The translations under genes were made by a program, and so were the position numbers. The notes beneath the pieces were generated by a model. It did no database searches, was not told the DNA's origin, and saw only the letters and a list, made by a program, of their open reading frames with translations. From NCBI GenBank assembly GCA_950097015.1, contig CATNEN010000034.1, positions 4,526,001 through 4,590,000 of the forward strand: a stretch of DNA of 64,000 nucleotides. The letters run 5' to 3'. Shown one piece after another: positions 35,067 through 45,868 of the stretch. The DNA is from Macrostomum hystrix (taxonomy: Eukaryota; Animalia; Platyhelminthes). The first letter of the stretch is position 1. Each line of letters starts with the position of its first letter.

Positions 35067-35680
35067 CTAGTCTGTCCTGAGGATTCCACTAGTCTGTCCT
35101 GAGGATTCTACTAGTCTGTCCTGAGGATTCTACTAGTCTGCACTGAGGATTCTACTAGTCTGTCCTGAGGATTCTACTAGTCTGTCCTGAGGATTCTACT
35201 AGTCTGTCCTGAGGAATCTACTTGTCTGTCCTGAGGATTCTACTAGTCTGTCCTGAGGATTCTACTAGTCTGTCCTGAGGAATCTACTTGTCTGTCCTGA
35301 GGATTCTACTAGTCTGTCCTGAGGATTCTACTAGTCTGTCCTGAGGAATCTACTTGTCTGTCCTGAGGATTCTACTAGTCTGTCCTGAGGATTCTACTAG
35401 TCTGTCCTGAGGATTCTACTAGTCTGTCCTGAGGATTCTACTAGTCTGTCCTGAGGATTCTACTAGACTGTCCTGAGGAATCTACTAGTCTGTCCTGAGG
35501 ATTCTACTAGTCTGTCCTGAAGAATCTACTAGTCTGTCCTGAGGATTCTAGTAGTCTGTACTGAGGATTCTACTAGTCTGTCCTGAGGATTCTACTTGTC
35601 TGTCCTGAGGATTTTACTAGTCTGTCCTGAGGATTCTACTAGTCTGATTTGAGGATTCTACTAGTCTGTCCTGAGGATTC
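35067..35680. repeat. Minisatellite, 22-bp unit ctagtctgtcctgaggattcta
   Basis: Direct inspection. Confidence 0.96.
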
Positions 35681-35897
35681 TCTACAAAATCTCTACAAAA
35701 GTGGCCCAGACTGCCGTGAGCAGTGATCACAAGGCGAGGCCATAAAAGTACGCCAGCAGATGGTCTCCGGACTGTCCAGGGAACGGCAGACAATAAAGAG
35801 AGTGACAGGCGGTTCGTGGGACGTTGGGAGGGCTGGACCACATTAATTCGATGCCTAGCCACAGTCTCCAGGCAGGGCTTTATTTTGTTCAACTTAC

Positions 35898-35907
35898 TGC
35901 CCGCAAT
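35898..35907 (-). other. Candidate 10-nt microexon ATTGCGGGCA between the signal-peptide exon and Ig1 (not frame-preserving alone)
   Basis: Context catgcgaaagtttgctttcttttag|ATTGCGGGCA|gtaagt: TGC plus pyrimidine tract plus a perfect donor. Confidence 0.5.
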
Positions 35908-36575
35908 CTAAAAGAAAGCAAACTTTCGCATGAAAACTTCCCCCCCCCGCTTATTTTTCCCTCCACCCTCTGAGCAGTGGTGCACTGGAAATTCTAAAGC
36001 CTACGGCAACAACGCTTGGCTCCGACCAACCCCACACCCTGAAGCAAATCAATAAGCTGCGGGACAGTGGACTTCAAATATAGAAAGTGGACTTTTTTAT
36101 GAAGAGAGAGCCTAGCCTAAACCCATGAACTACTCAAGTACCAGCCGTCTGTATTGTGCTACCTATAATCTACCTGCATTAGCAGGCTTCAATAACACGC
36201 CTGTCAAGCATAGTAAAAGAACAGGCCTATTTAGATAACTAAAATAGCGGTCGATGAAGTAGACCTCTTTGAAAATGTGAGAATACACTAAATTTGACTG
36301 GCGTCTCCAGTTGATCCCACTCGGGAGCCGATTATTGATCCGGGGGGGAAATGTTTTTGTTTCCTTTTTTAACGAAAGCAAAACAGGTGCACAGAAGTTC
36401 CTGGTAACCAGCCGGGCTTTAAAACTCATCGTCATTTATTCACGCGATCGAATTTATAATTCTCATTCTTAAACGCCAAGCCTGTCTTTCAGTCCTGGCG
36501 AGTCTAGCCAAGCCGGGTAAGACAATTTTCCTTCCTCCTCCCACTCACTTCTCAGTCAAGCTGGGAGAAAGTGAA

Positions 36576-36576
<1 letters not shown>

Positions 36577-36606
<30 letters not shown>

Positions 36607-36800
36607 AGGAAGTAGACGGGCATTGGGGAGAGGTAAGGGAGTGCAGTGAGACGGGATGTAGGAAAACCTGCGGCGGATCTTGGCCGGATTGGAAGGAAAG
36701 TGGAAGGAATGAGTGGGCTGGTCTGACTACTGGACTGTGTGCGGGAACCACATACTTCAAGTTCTTTCACAGGCGGCTGTGGAGTAGCTTTTCGACTACT

Positions 36801-36837
<37 letters not shown>

Positions 36838-36838
36838 T
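36577..36838. repeat. Two opposed trinucleotide tracts: (CTG)8 at 36577-36600 and (CAG)~13 at 36800-36838
   Basis: Direct inspection. Further CTG/CAG tracts lie near 38116, 41520 and 62008. Confidence 0.9.
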
Positions 36839-38283
36839 CCAGTTCCAGCTGCCTCTGGTGCGTTTATAAGGGTCGCTCTATTGGCTAGCAAAGGTGCAAC
36901 GGCTGCTAAATAGTAAGCCGCTATGCAATGAGCAACTGTAGCTGCCGCTGCCACTACGGGGTGCTACAGGAGAGAGTTGAAGAGTGGGCGCGTGTGTGAG
37001 ATTGTAAAATCTGAAAACTCCCACACCGAGCCACTGCACCCCGGAGGGTGTAGGATTTCCATCCCACTAACCTCCGCTTCGCTCCCATGGGGAGACGAGG
37101 GATTTCTGTAGTTCTGTGGCCGCCGAAGGATATTTGAGGGATCCGGCATCCAAGGTTCCTTTCCAAGCCAGCTTTTATCCAGTCAGCCCTCTAAATCTCT
37201 TTCTTCTGCGCTCTTAAACTCTTTAAAGCTGCCTCTCATATTTTTATCCTAGTTGGTTGCTTCCCCCATCTCCCATTCTCCTCTTAACCTAGGTTATCAA
37301 AATTTTGGCTCACTCTAACAAAAAACTGGCACTCCGCTGGTTGACCTCCGCGCTTTCTTCTCGGAATGAGGATGAGAAGTAGGGCAGACTGGGGGGATTG
37401 CTTCGCGCGAATTTCGTCTGATTCCGTCTGACAACTAAGCCACTGCGCCCACCAAAAGAACTCGATGCTCACTCATTCTCAGCCTCTCCGATCAGTTCAA
37501 ACTGGCCACTAGGAACAAATGAGCGATGAGCGGGCCCGGGCCCATGGGACCCCGCCGCTACCGGCTGTGAACAAAATAAAAATAGTTTAAGAGAAGACGT
37601 GCTGGTAAGGGAGATGAGAAGGGGCAGAGACAGATAGAGAAAGTGGATGCCAGGGCGGCGGTTGTGTTTGTCAGTGCGTGCTTGCTCTAGTTAGCGGCAG
37701 GCGCCACGGAGTCCCTGAGAACTGTGGCCATCTCAGCCATCCTTATGTGTCTGTGCGTGTGCGCGCGCCTGCCTTTAATCCAGCCCTGATCCCGAGGAAA
37801 AGCTTCCAAGCGACGCGAATGCCATATACGATAGCAGGCCGCTTCTTTGCCAACTTTCTCCGACAGTAGCGCCCAAGTAAGTAAAAAAGAACGTCATTGG
37901 AACTTAACGCTAGCAACAAAAAACCTCCTGCGACGGCCATGGAGGAGTTTGGAGGAGGAGAATACGGGCGGGGGCTTGGGCGGGAATTTGCGACCGCTGA
38001 AATCCCGGTGGCACGCGAACGCGCCCAAGCCCTGCTTAATTAATTATGCATCGGTCACCAACCCCCGGCCCGGGACCAACTGCAAAACCGATGAATGCAG
38101 CTAAGCTGTAGTGTCTTCTGCTGCTGCTGCTGCTGTTGCTGCCGTTTCAAATAAAGCCAAGAAAGAGAAGGACCGACTACAGCCAACTGTCTCACTTCCT
38201 TTAGTTCACTCTATCCGAACCAAACCGCAAGAAGATGGCATTGTGATCTGTTTCATAGCAGGCCCGAGTCTTTTGAAGTACTC

Positions 38284-38822
38284 CCTCAACAAAGACTCAC
38301 TCTCATCATAATCTATGAAATAGTATTTCGTCAACGCCTCGGCCCTCAACAAAGACTCACTCTCATCATAATCTATGAAATAGTATTTCGTCAACGCCTC
38401 GGCCCTCAACAAAGACTCACTCTTATCATAATCTATAAAATAGTATTTCGTCAACGCCTCGGCCCTCAACAAAGACTCACTCTCATCATAATCTATGAAA
38501 TAGTATTTCGTCAACGCCTCGGCCCTCAACAAAGACTCACTCTCATCATAATCTATGAAATAGTATTTCGTCAACGCCTCGGCCCTCAACAAAGACTCAC
38601 TCTCATCATAATCTATGAAATAGTATTTCGTCAACGCCTCGGCCCTCAACAAAGACTCACTCTCATCATAATCTATGAAATAGTATTTCGTCAACGCCTC
38701 GGCCCTCAACAAAGACTCACTCTCATCATAATCTATGAAATGGTATTTCGTCAACGCCTCGGCCCTCAACAAAGACTCACTCTTATCATAATCTATAAAA
38801 TAGTATTCGTCAACGCCTCGGC
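38284..38822. repeat. Near-perfect tandem array, 60-bp unit x9
   Basis: Unit ggccctcaacaaagactcactctcatcataatctatgaaatagtatttcgtcaacgcctc. A two-SNP variant occurs in copies 3 and 9. Confidence 0.98.
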
Positions 38823-39124
38823 TAATTTTTTTAGGCGCCAGTTGCTGTTGAAACATCGCCGCTGACGATTGCCGAAGGTCCGTTATGGACTCTTGAGTGA
38901 AGGAAAATTTAATTGCAAAATTGCACAACAAACATAACAAGGTTAATTAATAAATAACTTATGGCACAAATGACAGGCATTCAATCAATGTCACACAAAA
39001 AACAGATTGAAACACTTTTTTATAAAAATGCTTTTCTGGCCAAAACATCAACCACATTTATCGCTATCAATCAGCTAACGTCTGTCTGATGGTCTGATAA
39101 GAGGAGATATTACGCAATGCAGAG

Positions 39125-40468
39125 AAATTTTCTAACAAAATAAATCAATAAAAATCTGTCAGCAAAACGTTTGATGGTCAAAAAACAGAATAGCTCAGCA
39201 GGTCAAGTGCGGGTCGTTGAGAGGAAATTGCGAAAGCGAAGAAAGGCAAACGATTAGCATCAAACAGATGGACAAGGCGGAAGGCCATGAACTCAATTGG
39301 TGTGTCGCCTGTGTGATTTCTGATCCGCATGAGAAGACAGCCCGGCCACCACCCGGGCCAGGGACCGGACAACAATCGATGGCTTCTTGTGCCGATGACC
39401 AAAGAGAGGAGACCGGGGAAAGCTGAGATGGACACACTCGGATTCAGGGGGGTGAGTGGCATCAGATTGCTTATGATGCAGAATTTGAGCATTATAGAGG
39501 CCGCACAGTAGGAAAAAGAGAAAGGTTGAAGAGACAGGTCGGCTCCAAAACACGCATTGGCTCGAAAAATGAAAATGTCGCGGCATTTTTGTGTCTTATA
39601 CCCACATAACTCTTTTTTCTGTATCTCCCAAAATATTCGCCCAATCACCAATCAATCAATATAGGCATAGTTTTTCTGCTCACAAAACTTCATCATGAAA
39701 CTATGTCGGCTGTCGGTGGTCGGTGGCAGAGCGGTTATCGCGTCTGCCTCTCGCACCACGGTCCCTAAGTTCGATTACACGGCGAGGCCACATTTAAATT
39801 TTCTAACAAAATAAATCAATAAAAATCTGTCAGCAAAACGTTTGATGGTCAAAAAACAGAATAGCTCAGCAGGTCAAGTGCGGGTCGTTGAGAGGAAATT
39901 GCGAAAGCGAAGAAAGGCAAACGATTAGCATCAAACAGATGGACAAGGCGGAAGGCCATGAACTCAATTGGTGTGTCGCCTGTGTGATTTCTGATCCGCA
40001 TGAGAAGACAGCCCGGCCACCACCCGGGCCAGGGACCGGACAACAATCGATGGCTTCTTGTGCCGATGACCAAAGAGAGGAGACCGGGGAAAGCTGAGAT
40101 GGACACACTCGGATTCTTGGGGGGTGAGTGGCATCAGATTGCTTATGATGCAGAATTTGAGCATTATAGAGGCCGCACAGTAGGAAAAAGAGAAAGGTTG
40201 AAGAGACAGGTCGGCTCCAAAACACGCATTGGCTCGAAAATTTGAAAATGTCGCGGCATTTTTGTTTCTTATACCCACATAACTCTTTTTTCTGTATCTC
40301 CCAAAATATTCGCCCAATCACCAATCAATCAATATAGGCATAGTTTTTCTGCTCACAAAACTTCATCATGAAACTATGTCGGCTGTCGGTGGTCGGTGGC
40401 AGAGCGGTTATCGCGTCTGCCTCTCGCACCACGGTCCCTAAGTTCGATTACACGGCGAGGCCACATTT
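39125..40468. repeat. Tandem segmental duplication, ~671-673 bp x2
   Basis: aaattttctaacaaaataaatc starts at 39125 and 39796, and both copies end in ggcgaggccacattt. The ORF track shows duplicated peptides 671 bp apart. Confidence 0.97.
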
Positions 40469-40747
40469 ATTTGGGGCGCAGCCGCGGAGAGAAGGCTTGG
40501 GGACTTGTCGTGCAATTGACGCCCTTGAGGGCCAACCTCCAAGGCACAGTGAGAGTGTACACTGCCTGACGATGAGAAAGTCAGGGCAGATGTACACACC
40601 TGTGTGAGCGTGTGCCTGCTTACAGTATCTGTGTGCCTGTGTGCTCAGGAGTCAGCGAAATGGGCAGAATTGCCTCCTTGCTGGCTGCGGGTCTAGTGTC
40701 ACCAAATGATGTGCCACTGCCCGCAGCCCTCCTGCAATTATTATTAT
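40387..40747 (+). mobile_element. Full-length tRNA-derived SINE family A with 12-bp target-site duplication and (TTA)n tail
   Basis: A-box-like ggtggcagagcggtt, B-box-like agttcgattac and tail cctgcaattattattattat. The TSD tatgtcggctgt is at 40375-40386 and 40748-40759. Confidence 0.88.
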
Positions 40748-41521
40748 TATGTCGGCTGTTGATGTTGAATATTTGGATTGTCAAATAAATCGTTTTTTTC
40801 ATTTTTACCCAATATGGACTCGCTAAAGAGGTTCATACAGAGCGGTCATTCGGTTTGGGAGCTATCGTGAAGTAGTCAGTGAGTATTTTGAAATAGCACC
40901 GTGGTGTTTCCCCAGAGGCTAGCGAACGCACCAGATTTTTAGGGTGCTAGAAAACAAAGAAAATTTTCAAGAAAAATTAATCCCATTTCGCAAAACCGGT
41001 TTTAAGATGCGGAACTAATGGGGCAAAGTCGATGGGATAACGCAGAATGTGGGGTGGATATTGGCAATCTTCTAAATGGATGTCGATTGAGCAATCTGAC
41101 TATGAAAAAGTGAAGTGGATGCTCTATGTAAAGATGATTCTACTGTTAGACCCGACTGGCCCTGAGTATGCAAATCGCAAACTGATGGACTCCCGCCCCA
41201 ACTCCCTCGGGAGTTGCATCCCCTCATGAAAAATTGGGGAAACAATTAAGGACCCAAGAGATATGCCGTGCATGCGGACACACACAACACAGGCAGACAC
41301 TGGGTGAATTGATTTTAAAACAGTGGCTTCAGACTCAAAAACAGATTTAATTCAGAGAATTAAAGCCTTCCATTGGATAATGAGAAAGTAATTTCCAAGA
41401 ACAGAGACAGATAGTGGGAGTTTCAATTTAGAAATAATAAGAGCCATTGCATCAGAGCCTCGGCCTACAGACTAGACCCAATCACACTGCCTCCTTAATG
41501 TAGACCTGGGCATTACTGGCA

Positions 41522-41556
<35 letters not shown>

Positions 41557-42269
41557 ATCAAAAATCGTCTCAGGTTTCGTCTTGGCAGGCACGCAGGGGA
41601 GCAGAAGCTGAGAAATCTGTTCGATTTCTGTTCTCCAGTTCTCACACTGGGGGGAGGGGGCGGGATGACTCACCCACTGAGCCTCCCCTTCAAACCGAGT
41701 TTACTCACATTCCATTTTCTCACCTTACCCCCAGTTTCTCGCCATTTTCTCACCCTATTTCTCACATTCCTACCCGCTCAGTAGCTTGAAACAGTTCAAT
41801 CAACAGTATGCAAAAACTGACTCAGTTTTTATCTTGGAATATTTTGGGTCGAACGCTCGATCAACCAGTGGACCCCTTTTTTTAGATGACCGAACCACCA
41901 GATACCCACACTGCGGCACAATAATAAGTATATCTCTCAAGTACGAGCTCAAAGCACACTCGAGGCAGAATATCTTTTTTCACTTCTGTCAGTTGATTTA
42001 AAAAAACTAGATCGAATTTAGGAAGGGGAGGCAAGGGGATTTTTCGGGAATGTAGGCCAAAAAAATAGGCAGATGAATGGAAAGAAAAACATCAGACAGG
42101 TGGCTGAATTTCCATCGCCTGCCTGAACAGTGATCTCGTATTGCTCTGTCACACAGAGCCTGTCTATAATATACCTTTGTCTCTTGTCTTAGTCTTACTT
42201 CTGTACTTATGTCTACTGAAGACCCTTCGCCGTATCTCACTGTACCTTATCCTGCCTGTGCCTCTGTCC

Positions 42270-42450
42270 TTTTATGTCTGTCTCTGTCTGTCCCTGTGTC
42301 TGTACCTGTGTCTGTCCCTTTCTGTCCCTGTGTCTGTACCTGTATGTCTATATGTGTCTGTACCTGTGTGTCTATATGTGTCTGTACCTGTGTGTCTATA
42401 TGTGTCTGTACCTGTGTGTCTATATGTGTCTGTACCTGTGTCTGTCCCTA
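42270..42450. repeat. Low-complexity TG/TC minisatellite (24-bp tgtacctgtgtgtctatatgtgtc)
   Basis: Direct inspection. Confidence 0.88.
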
Positions 42451-44829
42451 TCCTAATTTCTATTCCTCGTCTAACATAGTATATTTTCACTAGACAGGTA
42501 ACAATCATTCTACTGTGCCTATGTTTATCAGTGTTTTCTATAATTTCCCTCTCTCTTCTCAGTTCGTCTCACTTCCTCACCGTCAGGCAGCGATAACTAA
42601 TCCCATAGCATTGTTAACTGCCAAAGATCAGCACTCTACTCTATCTCCCATGCTTGGCATCCCAACCCCAACTGCGTCAGGGAGCTCTCAACAAACTGGC
42701 CAACCAACGATGACACGGCAGTGATTGATGGGGCTTTAGCAGCCGCTGCAGCCTCCACCAGGAAAGTCAAACGCGTGACGGACAGGGCGCCGACTCGGCA
42801 ATTTGAAGCTGCATGCGGAAAATTGAATTGAAAGAGGGGGGGGGCAGAATTGGAGTAGAATGGGACGATGGTTACACAGCCGATGGGTGCGGGAGCTGCT
42901 GTGTGGAAGGGCGGCGACCCTCAAAGCCATTGAATTCGGTTTGGAGCACGTCAGGCTTGCCTCCTGCCCCCTCTTATCGCCGCCTCGCCTTATTTATCCA
43001 TCAACCTCATCTCAGCCATAAACCGATGAAGAAAGAAGCAAAAGCAACTAGGAAATTTTGTTGAAGTGTGGCCCCCGGGCAAAGCCAGACCTAGTCTTTG
43101 AAGAAGCAAATGTTTTCCTTCAGTTTCTTACTTTTTTCCAATTCTGAAAGCCGCCGCTATGCTACACTTGTTGTTTGCTCCCACCTGCACAAATCCTTTC
43201 CACAATCCCCTCTCCCCGTCGCTCTGTCCGTCAGTCAACGACACTTATCCCCAACACTTTGCTCCACCCACGCCTTGAAGAAAAAGTTGCAAAATATAAA
43301 AAAACGGCAGCAAGAGGACCAAATACAATGTCTACGATCGGCCAAGCAGGTGGTGGCGGTACCGCCTTCAACTTAGCCTTATCTCGTGGGAATTCAGAGG
43401 CACTAAACAAGCAGCGGTTAGTCATACACCTGAGAGGGAAAAATAACTAGTTTGGAGAGCGCAGTCGCGGCTGCAGTGACAAAAAGGTGCTATAGAGAAA
43501 AATCACAGGGTCTCATCCTTGGACGGATGTCAACAATTTTCTCCTTTCATCCCATCGCACTGTGTGCCGCTAGACCCTCCAACATAGGTATGTGGTGGGG
43601 GTGGGTGTGCAAGGCCTGTTCGGCTCGTCAATCGGTCGATAACGGACACTCCCACGTTGCAAAATAACGCACCAACACTATGATAATCGAATAGTTAAAT
43701 GAACTATTAGTTTGTATAGTAAAAATATGTTCCCCCCTTCCAAAAATACGTCGGATGAGTCCTTCTAGACACTCTTGGTGATGTAGAAGCAACGGATTAA
43801 CCGGAAGACTCCCGGCTTAGGACGAGTAAAAGGGGAGGACACATAGAGAGAGACTGCGCTAAGCTTGGGAAATTCAATTACGAAAGGCGCCTGCCTGCCT
43901 CTCAGACTTCTCCTCACCTCTCGCGCTCAACCTAGTCTCCTCTCCCTGTTCGCTCTTTAAATCCTTCGAAACGCAAAAGTGTGCGAGAAATATTCAACGC
44001 ATGTACTGTATCTATTGCGCAGTCTTCAACAAAGCCTCTAACATTCTCCAGCACTAAACTGGGATAAATTTCAAACTGAACTAATGAGGATAAAAATACG
44101 ATAACAAAACAAAAGAATGGAATTTGAAGGGGATAAATCAGGGGTAACATTGCCGCTTTACCCCCATTTTCGCAAGGGGGTCTTTACGTCTAGTTCAATA
44201 TACTATTTATATAAGGCGAAATTATGCAGAAACTTCTAAATTATGCAGTCCAATTGTAGAAACTTTGAAAGAAAACAACTGAAATAAAGCTTGCAGAAGG
44301 TCGAATTCGACCCGACATCAAATTCTAGAGTATAGCCGCCAGTTAAGAGGGAAATCATCGTGAGCAGTCCGATTTCAGAGGCCTTCATATCTCTCTTGTC
44401 CACTTCTGTCATTCAATCTTATAGAAAATGCATAGTAAAGTGAAGCTTAAACTGACCCAAATTGGTAGTGACAACTTGGGCGCCTGTAGGCAACAAGAAA
44501 TCTTCTAGGAAACTGCCCGCTAGAGTAAAATCTAGGGAAGAAAGGAAAATTATAGAGAACTAGAAAATGAGAATTGCAGAATTGCGTTGCAAATATTCTT
44601 GGCTGGAGAATGTGCAAAAAGCTCTGATTCAATCAGATAGGAAACGCGACCGGTTCCTATGGTTGGCGTATATCCCATCAAATTTAATCCATCGCTGCCG
44701 CACACACCCAGATATTGGAGGAGATGAGGATCACAGCAACGACAAAGAAACCTAAGCGAAAGTTCATCTGAGGATTTTTGAAAACCTTCCAGTCTTATGG
44801 AAAAAACTTTGCCCAAAAAGTCCAAACAG

Positions 44830-45610
44830 ATATCTGGGATATTGGTGACTGAACCTGAGGATCTGGGATATTGGTGACTGAACCTGAGGATCTGGGATAT
44901 TGGTGACTGAACCTGAGGATCTGGGACATAAGTGACTGAACCTGAGGATCTGGGATATTGGTGACTGAACCTGAGGATCTGGGATATTGGTGACTGAACC
45001 TGTGATCTGGGATCTGGGGTACTGGTGACTGAAGCTGAGGATCTGGGATCTGGGATATTGGTGATTGAACCTGGGATCTGGGATCTGGGATATTGGTGAC
45101 TGAACCTGGGATCTAGGATCTGGGATATTGGTGACTGAACCTGGGATCTAGGATCTGGGATATTGGTGATTGAACCTGGGATCTGGGATCTGGGATATTG
45201 GTGACTGAACCTGGGATCTGGGATATTGGTGACTGAACCTGAGGATCTGGGATATTGGTGACTGAACCTGGGATCTGGGATATTGGTGACTGAACCTGGG
45301 ATCTGGGATATTGGTGACTGAACCTGGGATCTGGGATCTGGGATATTGGTGACTGAACCTGGGATCTGGGATCTGGGATATTGGTGACTGAACCCGAGGA
45401 TCTGGGATATTGGTGACTGAACCTGGGATCTGGGATATTGGTGACTGAACCTGAGGATCTGGGATATTGGTGACTGAACCTGGGATCTGGGATATTGGTG
45501 ACTGAACCTGGGATCTGGGATCTGGGATATTGGTGACTGAACCTGGGATCTGGGATCTGGGATATTGGTGACTGAACCTGAGAAACTAGGACATTGGTGA
45601 CTGAACCTGA
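44830..45610. repeat. Minisatellite, 28/35-bp unit gatctgggatattggtgactgaacctg(a/g)g with variable extra gatctgg heptamers
   Basis: Direct inspection. It supplies the repetitive tail of the 262-aa ORF. Confidence 0.96.
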
Positions 45611-45711
45611 AATCACAGATGATCTAATTAACCTTTTTCTTATCCCTTGGGATAGTGGAATGAATGTGCATGCAATAAAAACTCCCAAGCACAGGTAAAC
45701 TTCCGTCTTAC

Positions 45712-45868
45712 GCAGCTTGTCTATGAGTTTGTTAGCCGACGATATAATCTCGTCCATGCTGTCCAGAGCGCCGGCGGACGCAAATAAAGTACAGTTTAGC
45801 TGAGTTATGAGCGGCAGTAGTGACCAAAGCAGCAGCAGCAGTGGCTGCGGCGGCCTCTGTGTCGGCAT
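45712..45868 (-). CDS. Lar: Signal-peptide exon 1 (MPTQRPPQPLLLLLWSLLPLITQLNCTLFASAGALDSMDEIISSANKLIDKL)
   Basis: ATG at 45868, a leucine-rich h-region and an ASAG-type cleavage region. The phase-1 donor C|GTAAGA at 45711 splices in frame onto Ig1 (...IDKL-Q-EARITQG). Confidence 0.75.

Noticed and set aside
38284-38822. Regularly spaced repeats as a CRISPR array
   Set aside because: Units are head-to-tail with no unique spacers, there are no cas genes, and the context is a eukaryotic intron. None of the other arrays has unique spacers either.
39715-39795. tRNA gene (also 40387, 49400-49540, 60110-60169)
   Set aside because: A- and B-box-like motifs are present but no complete cloverleaf or acceptor stem is evident, and each continues into a SINE body.
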